Shown: positions 1 to 17,210 of the stretch, in pieces | How the letters are laid out: each line of letters begins with the position of its first letter | Numbering within the stretch: position 1 is the first letter of the stretch | DNA from: the human T2T-CHM13v2.0 reference genome, Homo sapiens | DNA: 64,000 nt | Direction: 5' to 3' (one strand) | Assembly (NCBI RefSeq): GCF_009914755.1 | Contig: NC_060927.1 | The notes under the pieces: model-generated | The model's database searches: none | Told to the model about the DNA's origin: nothing | What the model saw: the letters and a program-made list of their open reading frames with translations, nothing else | Translations under genes and position numbers: made by a program

Positions 1-139
1 ATTAACTACTGGGTACTCTTCTTAGTACCTGGGTGATGAGATCATTTGTATCCCAAACCTCAGCATTTTGCAATATACCCAGGCAATAAACCTGCATGTG
101 TACCTCCTGAATCTAAAATAAAAGTTGAAAAAAAAAAAA
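1..139 (+). mobile_element. 3' end of an older LINE-1 (L1PA13-16/L1PB-like) with poly(A) tail, continuing upstream of the window
   Basis: 'cccaaacctcagcat...aacctgcatgtgtacctcctgaatctaaaataaaagttgaaaaaaaaaaaa' is a typical L1 3'UTR terminus; a similar fragment lies at 61638-61727. Confidence 0.8.
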
Positions 140-664
140 GACTTCTCCAAACTAGTTTCAATCTACATTGCCTCTACTATACTGCCTCTACCTCACAAAG
201 CAGCTGGACAATTCACAAATTATACACCATCATCCAATAAAGGCAAAAGATAGACTGATCTCAGATATTTTCTACACACCCTCCTTGCTTTTTCCCCAAT
301 CAACTCTCTTTTCGAACCCATGACTATCTGATTCACTAGATTGTTCGCCATCTCAAATTTGATCCTGCCTCTGGCCTATTGGACTAGGATTTCATGGTTG
401 TTTTCCACAGCATTTTACTTACTAATATCCCTGAAGATTTTTTTGTCATTTGACACATCCTCAAACTCTTCTTCCTGAAGGCAAAATTAGTTAAGGATGT
501 TCTTAATTTGGCCTCCTGAATTTTAACCTCTGGCAGTAGCTGTGTGGTTAACACTTCTGGTCTATTAACTAGAATGATCTTCACCCCTTTCCAAGGAATA
601 AGTCCAACCAGCCTGAAATTATTTCCAAAATATCAGAAAACTTAATAATTATAAATAAAATTGA

Positions 665-885
665 ATGAGCATTTATTATGTTATCAGGCTCTGTGCTACC
701 CTGAATGTTTACATTATTTCATTTAATCTTCACTGCAAGACTGGAAAGCAGGTACTGTTACTTTGCCTAGTTGGTAGGTAAGGAAACTGAATCATAGAAC
801 ATTTAAATAACTTTTTATTATATAAAATGTTTAAAACCTTATAGATACTAAGTTGGAAAGTTCACATTTAAACTCAGGCAATATG
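665..885 (-). mobile_element. MIR SINE relic
   Basis: 'tttcatttaatcttcac...aggtactgtta...aaggaaactga' resembles the antisense MIR core. Confidence 0.55.
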
Positions 886-897
886 ACAATAAAAACA

Positions 898-1109
898 TTT
901 TTTTTGAAACAGGGTCTTATTCTGTCACCAAGGCTGGACTGCAGTGGCACAATCATGGCTCACTGCAGCCTTGACTACCTGGGCTCAAGTCATCCTCCCA
1001 CCTCAGCTCCCTGAGCAGTTGAGACTACAGGCATGTGCCACGACGCTGGGCTAATTGTTGTATGTTTTGTAGAGACAGGATTTTGCCATGTTGCCCAGGT
1101 GGGTCTCAA
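898..1109 (-). mobile_element. AluJ-type SINE, 5'-truncated
   Basis: Poly(T) then 'gaaacagggtctt...gctcactgcagccttgac...ctgggctcaag' (J-type bases); stops within the left monomer. Confidence 0.85.
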
Positions 1110-2527
1110 TTTAAACACTGTAAGGGGATATGCAATAAACCAAACATTTCCATTTCATCCTGGTCCCATCTTGCCTCCTCATACACCCACCAAATTCATG
1201 TTAGAATATGAATTCCCTAGTCTGCATCTGCTTATGGATTATATATTGTCAGTAGACAAATTTGCATATCATTCTGTGATATATGGACTCAACGTAAACG
1301 AAAAACACTACTATCATTTTTACTTCTCCCACTATCATGAGCATTTCCCTCCTAGGAAACACAAAAATTTATTGGTATGAGATGAAGACTCAGAGATCAA
1401 AGCATTTAGAAAAGAGACTTGCTTTCAAAAATGTTGGCAGGGGAGTCAGACTTCAGAAAGAGTAGCTTGTCAAATAAAAAACACAACATAAATGTAAGGG
1501 GGAAAAACTGTGAAATTACCAAGGTTACACAGTTTACACCAATCGATTTGTAGTAGATAAACAACAACTTTCTCACATAATTATCATATCCACAAAGGAT
1601 GTTACATATCTTTAGAAATCAACTTTGCATAAGTCCGGGTTATACTTATTCTGCTAGAGATTGAGTAATTTAGAGGACATGCCCAAGGATTTATTTATTT
1701 TAGGGAGCAGAATTAGACAGGGTGACCCTGTTATTTTTGGTTTATCTCATTCTGAGACATAATATTCATCTTTATTTATGATGGGGGCAGGACAAAGTGT
1801 TCATTTTGCTTCCATATTGGCCATTTTTGGCATGCCTATGATGGCACTAGACAACAGTTAGGTCATCTGGGCAACCTGAAAAATAAAAATACTTTGTGGC
1901 TGAATCAGAAACCATGTCATTGCTAAAACAGTTATTCCCATTAGCACTTCATGGAAGGAAATGTTGAGGAAAGGCATTTTAATGAGCTGAGACAGCTCTG
2001 ATTTCCCACAACTTAAAGAAAACAACATAATCCTGCCGAAAGAACACAGACTCAGAAATAGTGGACATGAGTCCTAGCTACATAAATTACCAGGGCTGTG
2101 ATTCCAACAAAATCACTGTTTTGCAAGTGATATGGAGCACAATGATTGCATTCCTTTCGTTAATGGGGTATTCTATAAAGACACATGGAGAATAACTGTA
2201 TCACTCAGAGAATAATCAGAGAAGCAGACCTCCTAGCAGACATACATAATAAGAGATTTATTATAAAGATTTGACCTTACACAATTATGGGGCTAGTTAA
2301 GCAACAGCAGGAAATTTTTTTTTTATTATACTTTAAGTTTTAGGGTACATGTGCACAATGTGCAGGTTAGTTACATATGTATACATGTGCCATGCTGGTG
2401 TGCTGCACCCATTAACTCGTCATTTAGCATTAGGCATATCTCCCAATGCTATCCCTCCCCCCACCCCACCCCACAACAGTCCCCAGAGTGTGATGTTCCC
2501 CTTCCTGTGTCCATGTGTTCTCATTGT

Positions 2528-6357
<3,830 letters not shown>

Positions 6358-6420
6358 TATGATGTTAGCTGGTTATTTTGCTCGTTAGTTGATGCAGTTT
6401 CTTCCTAGCCTCGATGATCT

Positions 6421-7434
6421 TTACAATTTGGCATGATTTTGCAGTAGCTGGTACCGGTTGTTCCTTTCCATATTTAGCGCTTCCTTCAGGAGCTCTTTTA
6501 GGGCAGGCCTGGTGGTGACAAAATCTCTCAGCATTTGCTTGTCTGTAAAGGATTTTATTTATCCTTCACTTATGAAGCTTAGTTTGGCTGGATATGAAAT
6601 TCTGGGTTGAAAATTCTTTTCTTTAATAATGTTGAATATTGGCCCCCACTCTCTTCTGGCTTGTAGAGTTTCTGCCAAGAGATCTGCTGTTAGTCTGATG
6701 GGCTTCCCTTTGTGGGCAACCCGACCTTTCTCTCTGGCTGCCCTTAACATTTTTTCCTTCATTTCAACTTTGGTGAATCTGACAATTACGTGTCTTGGAG
6801 TTGCTCTTCTCAAAGAGTATCTTTGTGGCACTCTCTGTATTTCCTGAATCTGAATGTTGGCCTGCCTTGCTAGATTGGGGAAGTTCTGGATAATATCCTG
6901 CAGAGTGTTTTCCAACTTGGTTCCATTCTCCTTGTGACTTTCAGGTACACCAATCAGACGTAGATTTGGTCTTCTCACATAGTCCCATATTTCTTGGAGG
7001 CTTTGTTCATTTCTGTTTATTCATTTTTCTCTAAACTTCCCTTCTTGCTTCATTTCATTCATTTCATCTTCCATCGCTGATACCCTTTCTTCCAGTTGAT
7101 CGCAACGGCTCCTGAGGCTTCTGCATTCTTCACGTAGTTCTCGAGCCTTGGCTTTCAGCTCCATCAGCTCCTTTAAGCACTTCTCTGTATTGGTTATTCT
7201 AGTTATACATTCGTCTAAATTTTTTTCAAAGTTTTTAACTTCTTTGCCTTTGGTTTGAATTTCCTCCTGTAGCTCAGAGTAGTTTGATCATCTGAAGCCT
7301 TCTTCTCTCAACTCGTCAAAGTCATTCTCCATCCAGGTTTGTTCCGTTGCTGGTGAGGAACTGCATTCCTTTGGAGGAGGAGAGGCACTCTGCTTTTTAG
7401 AGTTTCCAGTTTTTCTGCCCTGTTTTTTCCCCAT
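6421..7434 (-). pseudogene. L1 ORF1p remnant of copy A (two premature stops, one codon deleted)
   Basis: Starts ATGGGGAAAAAACAG at 7434; RPNLRLIGVPE...FQPRISYPAKLSF peptide (6559-6978); stops near 7021 and 6559. Confidence 0.93.
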
Positions 7435-7479
7435 CTTTGTAACAGCAGGAAAATTTTAACTCTTCAACTTTCCAGCTAA

Positions 7480-7870
7480 ATTCAGAAGTATATAATAGAA
7501 TAATTCATTGTGTCAAGGTAGGATTTCACATAGAAACGTGAAGAAGGGATAAATTAGAATATTTATTATAATTTACTATATTAACAAATTAACCAAAAAA
7601 TACTAATTATAGCAATACACGAAAAAGTACATTTAATTAAAATATAACACTCATTTATTATAACTTTAACAAATTTAATCAAGAATATATCCAATCAAAA
7701 GCTACTTCAACATCTTGATGAAATTTTAGGACAATGCTTAATTAAGTTGGCATCCATAAAAGGATGTCAGATATCAAGTATCAGTGCTACCATTCAACAT
7801 TGTGGTTGAGTTTTTGCCTAATATAATAAGGCAAGAAAAGAAATAATAAGAACAAGGATAGAAAAGATAA
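7480..7870 (+). mobile_element. Ancient L1M ORF2 fragment
   Basis: Degenerate 'attcaacattgtggttgag...aaggcaagaaaagaaataa' matches the RT region of L1 ORF2. Confidence 0.5.
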
Positions 7871-7982
7871 TCATAGGACGTTATTGGTCCTTTTCCTAAG
7901 TTTTTATAGTGAGGACATATTCACATTACTTACATACTAAAATTAAAATAATTTTAAAATTTATATCTCAGACCAAATTTAT

Positions 7983-10119
7983 TTTTTTCCAACCTTTATT
8001 TTGGATTCAGAGGGTACATGTGTAGGTTTTTTACATGACTATATTGAGTTACATGGTTTGCTGAGGCATAGAGCACAGATGATCCCATAACCCAGGTAGT
8101 GAGCATAATACCCAATAGGTAGTTTTCCAGCCCAGTCCCACTTCCCTTTCTTTCTTCTCTGGTAGACCTCAGTGTCTATTGTTGCCATCTTTACTGCTAT
8201 GTGTACTCAGTTTCTAGCTCCCACTTATAAATGAGAACATGAAGCATTTGGTTTTCTGTTTCTGTGTTAATTTTCTTAGGATAATCGCCTCCAGCTGCAT
8301 CCATGTTGCTGCAAAAGACATGATTTTGTTCTTTTTTATGGCTGTGTAGTACTCCGTGGTGTATAGATACCACATTTTCTGATTCCAAACCACTGTTGAT
8401 GGGCAGTTAGGTTTACTCTATGTCTTTGCTATTGTGAATAGTGCTGTGATGAACATGCAAGAGCATGTGTCTTTTTGGGTAGAATGATTTATATTCCTTT
8501 AGGTATATAGTCAGTAACGGGATTTCTGGGTTGAATAGTAGTTCTTTTTTAAGTTCTTTGAGAAGTTTCCAGATTGCTTTCCACAGTGGCTGAACTAATT
8601 TGCATTCCCACTCACAGTGTACAAGCATTTCCTTTTCTCTGCATCCTCCCCAGCATCTGTTATTTTTTGACTTCTTAATGATTGTCATTCTGAGTAGTGT
8701 GAGATGTTATCTCTGATTGTGGTTTTGATTTGCATTTCTCTAATGATTAGTGATGATGAACACTTTTTCATATGTTTGTTGGCCACTTGTATGTCTTATT
8801 TTTAAAAGTGTCTGCTCATGTCCTTTGCCCATTTTTAATTGTATATTATTTGGTTTTTGCTTATTGATTTAAGTATCTTACATATTCTGGATATCAGACC
8901 TTTGTCAGATTCATAGCTTGCAAATATTTTTTTCCATTCTATAGGTTGTCTGTTTACTGGTTTACAATTTTTTTTGCTGTGGAGAAGCTCTTTAATTTAA
9001 TTAGGTCCCATTCTCAATTTTTGTTTTTGTTGCAATTGCTTTTGGGGACGTAGTCAGAAAATATTTGCCAAAGCCAATGTTGAAGAGGGTATTTCCCAGA
9101 TTTTCTTCTAGGATTTTTTTGTTTGAGACCCTGCATTTAAAGTGTTAGTTGATCCTGAGTTAATTTTTGTATATAGTGAAAGATAGGGGTCCAGTTTCAT
9201 TTTCTGCATATGACTAGCCAGTTATCCCAGCACCATTTATTGACTAGGGAACCTTTTCCCATTTGCTTATTTTTGTTGACTTTGTCAAAGATCAGATGAC
9301 TGTAGGTGTGTGGCTTTGTCTGTTCTCTATTCTGTTCCATTGATCTATGTGTCTGTTTTTGTACCAGTACTATGCTGTTTTGCTTACTGTAGCCTTGTAG
9401 TATAATTTCATATGAAATAATATGATGTCTCTGGCCTCATTGTTTTTGCTTAGGATTACTTCGGCTATTCAGATTCTTTTCTGGTTTTATATAAAATTTA
9501 GAATAGTTTTTTCTAGTTCTGTGAAAAATGATGTTGGTAGTTTGATAGGAATAGTGTTGAATCTGTAAATTGATTTGCACAGTCTGGCCATTTTAACAAT
9601 ATTGAGTCTTCCAATCCATGAGCATGGGATATTTTTCCATTTATTTGTGTAATCTCTGATTTCTTTCAGCAGTGTTTTGTAGTTTTCCTTGTGGAGATCT
9701 TTCAAGCTTCTTGATTAGCTGCATTCTTAGGTACTTCATTTTTTGTGGCTATTATAAATGTGATTGTGTTCTTGATTTGGCTGTCAGCCAGAACCTTTTT
9801 GTGTAAAGAAATGCTACTAATTTTTGTAGATTGATTTTGTAACCTGAAACTTTACTGACGTAGTTTCTCAGTTCTAGGAGCCTTTTGGCATAGTCTTGAG
9901 GATTTTCTAGGTATAGAATTATATCATCAGCGAATAGAGATAGTTTGACTTCTTTTCCTATATGGATGCCTGATGCCTTTTTTCTTTCTCTTGGCTGACT
10001 GTTCTGGCTACAACTTCCAGTACTATGTTGAATAGAAGTGCTGAGAGTAGCCTTCCTTGTGTTTTTCCAGTTCTCAAAGGGAATGGCTTTAGCTTTTCCC
10101 CAGGCAGTACGATGTTAGA
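7983..10119 (-). mobile_element. LINE-1 (L1PA13-16-like), 5'-truncated, 2.1 kb
   Basis: ORF2 C-terminal peptides (8413-8688, 9487-9705); older 3'UTR; TSD tcagaccaaattt(a/c)t at 7968-7982 and 10120-10134 followed by 'aa'. Confidence 0.92.
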
Positions 10120-10617
10120 TCAGACCAAATTTCTAAAAGACATATTTATAAGATCAATTAAACTCTATTAAATTCTATTAAATTAAATTCTATTACATTA
10201 CATGTTGAGCATGTACTCTATGCAGAGTGGTAGAATAATATCTTAACATACAATTAATGTAATTTTCTCTCCCTGCTCCAGGATTATACCCATACTTCAG
10301 TGAAGGTTTGTATTATAGAGCAGACCATGAAATGGTTACTAAATGTTATGTTACTTTATGATTCCTACATTGTGGTAGTAAGAGATGAGCCAAGAGAGGA
10401 AACCAAGCAATCTGGAGAACTACTACTTAAGGTTAGCCTAAAAGGAAAACAGAGTGGCACACAAAGTAAACCCACATCTAGATTACGTTTTTCACTAAAA
10501 AGATATAAAAAAGCAATTATAGAAAGACAAGGAAGAGAAAAAGACAACATTGAAGACTGAAGATACGGCATTTGAAATAAGAGAATGGATGAAAGTTCAA
10601 CTTGTTGTAAAAACAGG

Positions 10618-10641
10618 GAGAGAGAGAGAGAGAGAGAGAGA
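10618..10641. repeat. (GA)n microsatellite, about 12 units
   Basis: gagagagagagagagagagagaga. Confidence 0.95.
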
Positions 10642-11545
10642 AAGACACAAACAGTAAATATGGGTCATATTAGAGACATGCCTCAGAGATATTTTCAGTC
10701 TAACTCCAGACCACTACAATAAAATGAGTTTTGCAATAAAACAAGTCACACAAGTTTTTGGGTTTCCTGGTGCACATAAAAGTTATATTTATATTACACT
10801 ATAGTCTATTAAGTGTAAAATAGCATCATGTCTAAAAAACAATGTATGTCTTAATTAAAAATACTTTATTACTAAGGAGGGTTTTGCTTCCATGTTGATG
10901 TCTGCTGACTGATCAAGGTGAGTAGCTGCTGAAGGTTAGAGTTGCTGGGGCAATTTCTTAAATTAAGACAACAATGCCACGTCACCAAAATAGCAGAATA
11001 GAAAGTAACCTGTTCATATCCCTTTATAAAAACAAGAACTCTGCACCCATCTACCATCAAAAATGTCTCTCTGAGAGCCTCAGGATTCAAGTAGGAGTTT
11101 GTGAAACTCCAGTGAAGCCTAAGACCTTGGAGTGTCATTTTGAGAGTGCAAACTGAAACCTAGTTGGCCAATTCACTGAGCTTTCTCCTGAGTTCAAGCC
11201 CAGAAAAGGCCTAGTCCTACAAGAGGCTTGGTTACAGCCCTGTTTGGGCCTGAGCCTGTAACCAAAACCATCTGCCAAGAGGTCCAGAAAGAACTGTGCA
11301 CGCTAGTACTTTGGCAAAAAGGCTCATTTGCCCACTACCATGGGTCTCAGCAGTGAACCTGAAAGTTGCCCTATAGCTTGGAGCCAGACCCCCTCAATTG
11401 GGGTCCCAGCTCAGAGCTGCTCACACAAGAATCCAGAGGAAGACTCACCCGTATCTTGCAGCCTTGGAACCTGAGACTCTCTAATGAGCTTGCTGATCTC
11501 TGTTCCAAAGCAGATCCAGAGGGGGCCCTACAATTAATGTAATTT

Positions 11546-13322
11546 CACCTACAGTGAACTCATTTTTGACAAAGGTGCCAAGAACATGCATTGGCGAAAA
11601 GGCAGTGTCTAAAATAAATGATGCCAGAAAAACTGGATATCCATACACAGAAAAATGAACCTAGATCCCTATCTCTCACCCTATAGTAAAATCAAAATCA
11701 AAATGGATTAAAGACTTAAAACTAAGACCCAAAACGATGAAACTACTACAAGAAAACACTGGGGAAACTCTGCAGAACATTGGGCCAGACAAAGATTTCT
11801 TTGAGTCATGTCCCACAAGCACAGGCCACCAAAGCAAAAATGGACAAAGGGGATCACATCAAGTTAAAAAGCTTCTGCACAGCAAAGGAAACAATCAACG
11901 AACTGACGAAACAACCCACAGAATGGGAGAAAAGATGTGCAAACTGTCCATCTGCCAAGAGATTAATAATCAGTATGTATAAGGAGCTCAAACAACTGTA
12001 TAGGAAAAAAAGTCTAATAATCTGATTATAAAAATGGGCAAAAGATTTGAACAGATATTTCTCAAAAGAAGACATATAAATGGGAAGCAGGTACATAAAA
12101 AGTTGCTCAACATCACTGATCATGAAATAAATGCAAGTCAAAACTACAATGAGATATCATCTTATTCCAGTTAAAATGCCCTTCATCCAAAAGTCAGGCA
12201 ATAATGAATGTTGGTGAGGATGTGAAGAAAAGGAAAAATTTGTACACTGTTGATGAGAATGTAAATTAGTACCACTACTATGGAGAACAATTTGGAGATT
12301 CCTCAAAAACATAAAAATAAAGCCACCCTATGATTTAGTAATCCCACTGCTAGGTATATACCCAAAAGAAAGGAAGTCATGGCTGGGTGTGGCGGCTCAC
12401 ACCTGTAATCCTAGCACTTTGGGAGACAGAGGTGGTTGGATCACGAGATCAGGAGATTGAGACCATGCTGGCCAACATGGTGAAACCCTGTCTGTACTAA
12501 AAATACAAAAATTAGCTAGGCATGGTGGCACGTGCCTGTAATCCCAGCTACTTGGGAGGCTGAAGCAGGAGAGTGGCTTGAGGGAGTCAGAGGTTGAAGT
12601 GAGCCGAGATCACACCACTGCACTCCAGCCTGGCAACAGAGCGAGATTCTGTCTCAAAAAAAAAAAAGGAAGTCATTATATCGAAGAGATATCTGCACTG
12701 TTGTTTGTTGCAGCACTGTTCACAATATCTAAGATTTGGAAGCCAACTAAGTGTCCATAAACAGATGAATGGATAAAGAAAATGTGCTACATATACACAG
12801 TGGAGTACTAGTCAGTCATAAAAAGAATAAGATACTGTCACTTACAAAAACATGGATAGAACTGGAAGTCTTTATGTTAATCAAAATAAGCCAGGCACAG
12901 AAAGACAAACATCACATGCTCTCACTTGCTTTGATCTAAAAATCAAAACAATTGAACTCATGGAGATAGAGAATAGAAGGATGGTTACCAGAGGCTGGGA
13001 AGGGTAATGGGAGGTGGGGGAAGGTGGGGATAGTTAATGGATACAAAAATAATAGTTAAAAGAAAGAATAAGATCTAGTATTTGACAGCACCACAGGGGG
13101 ACTATAATCAATAATAATCTATTGCACATTTTAAAATAATTAAAAGGGTATAATTGCATTATTTGTAACAGCAAGGATAAATACTTGACCAGATGGATAT
13201 CCAATTTTCCATGATGTGATTATTATGCATTGCATACATGTACCAAAATATCTCATGTATCCCATAAATATATATACCTACTATGTACCCATGAAAATTA
13301 AAAATAAACATATTTTTAAAAA
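11546..13322 (+). mobile_element. Inner L1MA1-3-like 3' portion nested in the outer L1MA
   Basis: '[19 protein letters not shown]' peptide (11780-12025); 3'UTR ending 'tatgtacccatgaaaattaaaaataaa'. Confidence 0.85.
12381..12664 (+). mobile_element. AluS (Sc-like)
   Basis: Full dimer; TSD aaaggaagtcat at 12369-12380 and 12665-12676. Confidence 0.95.
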
Positions 13323-14729
13323 AGAAAGCAAGCCCACTTATAATAGCTATGAAGAAACAGAATAAAAAAATTAAGACTTAATTTAACCAAAGGAGTAAAA
13401 GATCTCTACAAGAAAAATTATAAAACACTGCTGAAGAAAATTGGGGAACAAAAAAAAATAGAAAGATATATCATTTTCATGAATTGGATGAATTAATATT
13501 GTTAAATGTCTATACTACCACAAGTGATCCATAGATTCAATGCAATGTTTATCAAAATACCAATGACATTCTTCACAGAAATAGAAAAGATATCCTAAAA
13601 TTTATATAGAAACACAAAAGACCTCAAATAGCTAAAGCAACCCTGAGCCAAAAAACATGAAGGTGTCCATTACACTGCCTGATTTCAAATTATACTACAA
13701 AGCTACAGTAATCAAAACAGCATCATAATGGCATAAAAAACAGACAGACCAATGAAACAGAATAAATAACCCAAAAGTAAATTTACTCACTTACATCTAA
13801 CTCATTTTTCACAAAGGTGCCAAGAACATACAGTGGGGAAAGGACAGTCTCTTTAATAAATGGTGCTGGGTAACCAGATATCCATACACAAAAGAATGAA
13901 AGGAGATCCTTGTCTTTCACCACATACAAAAATACATGTAGAATGGATTAAAGACAAATAAATGTAAGACCTTCACAGCTATGAAGCTACTAAAAGAAAA
14001 CATTGGGGAAATGCTATAGGACATTGGTCTGGGCAAAGATATTTTGGGAAAGACCTCAAAAGCACAGGCAACAAAATCAAAAATAGACAAACAGAATTAC
14101 ATTAAGCTAGAAACCTTCCGCATAGCAAAAGAGACAATCAGCAAACTGAAGAGACAACCTACCAAATGGCAGAAAATATTTGCAAACTATCCATCCAACA
14201 AGGGATTAATAACCAGAACACTTAAGGAATTCAGACAATTCAATAGAAATAAATAAATAATCTGATTTTAAAATGACAAAAGGCTTCAATCGACATTTCT
14301 CAAAAGAATACATATGAAGGGCTAATAGGTATATGAAAAAAAAGTTCAACACCATTAATCATGAAGGAAATGCCAGTCAAAACCACAATATCATCTCATT
14401 ACAGTTACAGTGGCCATTATCAAAAATACAAAAAATAACAAATGTTGGCAAGGATGCAGACGAAGGGGAAGGCTCATACATTGTTGACAGGGATGTAAAA
14501 TATTACAGCCATTATGGAAAACAGTATGGAGGTTCCTTGATAAACTAAAATTAGAGCTACCGTATAATTAAGCAATCTCACTGAGGAGTGTATATCCAAA
14601 AGAAAGAAAATCAGTATATCGAAGAGATATCTGCACTCCCATGTTTATTGCAGCACTATTCACAATAGCCAAAATATGGAATCAACCAAGCGTCTATCAA
14701 TGGATGAAGGGCCAAAGAAAATGTGACAG

Positions 14730-15050
14730 GGAAGGGTAATGGCGTAGGGAGCAGGTGGGGATGGTTAATGGGTACCAAAAAAATCATTAGAAAGAATGAG
14801 TAAGACCTACTATTTGATAGAACAACAGGATGACTATAGTCAATATCAATTTAATGGTATATTTTGAAATAACTAAAAGAGAATAATTGGATTGTTTGTA
14901 ACACAAGGATAAATGCTTGAAGGGATGGATACCCCATTTTACATGATGTGATTATTATGCATTGTATGCCTGTATCAAAACATCTCATGTACATCATAAA
15001 TATATACGCCATGTATCCACAAAAATTAAAAATTAAAAACTTTTATGAAA
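14730..15050 (+). mobile_element. Short L1MA1-3-like 3'UTR insertion in the outer L1MA
   Basis: Perfect 16-bp TSD aaagaaaatgtgacag at 14714-14729 and 15051-15066; similar to 13000-13310. Confidence 0.9.
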
Positions 15051-15810
15051 AAAGAAAATGTGACAGATATACAGAATGGAAGACTATTCAGCCACAAAGT
15101 GAATAAAATCCTGCCATTTTTAGCAACAGAGATGGAACTAGACTAGAGGTTATTATGCTAAGAGAATCCAGCCACAGAAAGACAAATACTGCATGTTCTC
15201 ACATGTGGGAACTAGAAAGTAGACCTCATGGAGGTAGATAGCAGAACGATGTTTACCAGAGGCTGGGAAAGGAAAGGGATGAGGATTGGGGGATAAACAT
15301 AAGTTGGTTAAGAGGTACAAAAATACAGTAAAATAGAAGGAAAAAGTTCTAGTATTCTATATTAGAGTAGGGAAATTTTACTGTATATTTCAAAATAGCT
15401 AGATTAGTAATGTTCCTCACACACATACAAAACATAAAACTTTGAGTTGATGGATTTCCCAATTACCCTGATTTTATCATTACACATGATTTTGCTACAT
15501 ATGTCAAAATATTTTGGTACACAGATGTCAGAATATCACACGTTCTCCCAAAATAAGTGCAAATAAGATATATATCAATTTTAAAAAACACAATAATGAA
15601 ATTTGCTGCACTGATTGATTCCTTTCATGAAAGATTTCTTTATAGCATGTGATGCTGTTTGATAGCATTTTATCCACAGCAGAACTTCTTTCCAAATTGT
15701 AGTCAATCCTCTCATACCCTGCCACTTCCTTTTAAACTAAGTTTAATAATACTCCAAATCCTTTGTTGTCATTTTACCAATTTTCACAGCACCTTCATCA
15801 GGAGTAGATT

Positions 15811-17210
15811 TCACCTCCAGAAACCACTATGTTCATCCATAAGGAGCAACTCCTCATAGGTTAAAGTTTTACTATGAGATTTTAGAAACTTAATCACATC
15901 TTGGAGCTCTACTTCTAATTGTAGTTCTCTTGCTATTTCCACCAAGTCATCTGCAGTGACTTCCTTTGCTGAAGTCTTCAACTCCTCAAAGTCATCCCCG
16001 TCGGTTGGAATAAACTTCTTCCAAAATTGCTGTTTGGACATCCTCCCAAGAATCACACGTATGCTTAGTGGCCTCTAGAATGCTGAAATTTTTCCAGAAA
16101 CTTTCCATTTAATTTGCCCAGATCCATCAGAGGACTCACTATCTACAGCAGCTATAGCCTTACAAAATATATTTCTTCAATAATAGGACTTGAAATTCTA
16201 ACGTACTTCTTGATCCATAGCTGCAGAATGAATGTTGTGCTAGCAAGCATGAAAACAACATTAATCTCCACGTACATCTCCATCAGAGCTCTTGGGTGAC
16301 CATGTTCATTGTCAGTGAACAGTAATATTTTGAAAGGAGTCTTTTTTTCTGAGCAGTAGGAATCAATAGTGGGCTTAAAATATTCAGTAAATCATACTGT
16401 AAACAGATGTGCTGTCACCCATGTTTTATTGTTCTGCTGATAGAGAATAGGCATAGTGGATTTGGCATACTTCTTAAGGGCTCCAGGATTTTCAGAATGG
16501 AAAATAAGCATTGGCTTCCATTTAAAGTCACCAGTTACATTAGCCCCTAACAAGAGTCAGCCTGTCTTTTTAAGCTTTGAAGCCAGACGTTGACTTCTCC
16601 TCTCTAGTTAGGAAAGTTTCAGTTGGCATTTTTTCCCAATGGAAGGACATTTCATTTCAGGGAATATCTGTTGTTTAGCCATCTCCATCAATGAGCTTAG
16701 CTAGATCTTCTGAATAACTTGCTGCAGCTTCTCCATCAGCACTTGCTGCTTCACCTAGAGCTTTAATGTTATGAAGACAGCTTCTTTCTTTAAACCTCAT
16801 GAACCAACTTCTGCCAGCTTCCAACTTTTCCTCTGCCACTTTCTCACCTCTCTGAGCCTTCACTGAATTAAAGAGAGTTAGGGACTTATTCTGGATTAGG
16901 CTTTGGTTTAAGGGAATGTTTTGACTTGTTTAATCTTCTATCCAGACCACTAAATGTTTCTCCCTATCAGCAATAGGGATATTGTGCTTTCTCATCATTT
17001 ATGTGTTCACTGGAGTAACACTTTTAATTTCTTTTAAGAACTTTAATTTTACGTTCATAATTTGGCTACCTGTTTGGTGCAAAAGGCCTAGCTTTCCACC
17101 CATCTTGGCTTCCAACATGCCTTACTAAGCTTCATTATTTCTAGCTTTTGATTTAAAGTGAGAGATACGCGACTCTTCATTTCACTTGAACACCTGGAGC
17201 CCATCATAGG
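15811..17210 (-). pseudogene. Tigger1 transposase remnant (CENP-B-type HTH plus DDE), disrupted
   Basis: 'SLTLNQKLE', '[39 protein letters not shown]' and 'DDFEELKTSAKEVTADD..EIARELQLEVE' in different frames. Confidence 0.88.

Larger units (their letters stand above)
10977..15586 (+). mobile_element. Outer old L1MA element inserted in Tigger1: putative 5'UTR piece (10977-11528) plus ORF2 3' part and 3'UTR (13323-15586)
   Basis: TSD aagacaacaatg (10965-10976) and aacacaataatg (15587-15598); ORF2 peptide 14044-14256; the 5' piece starts 'cgtcaccaaaatagcagaatag', like L1M 5' ends. Confidence 0.72.
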
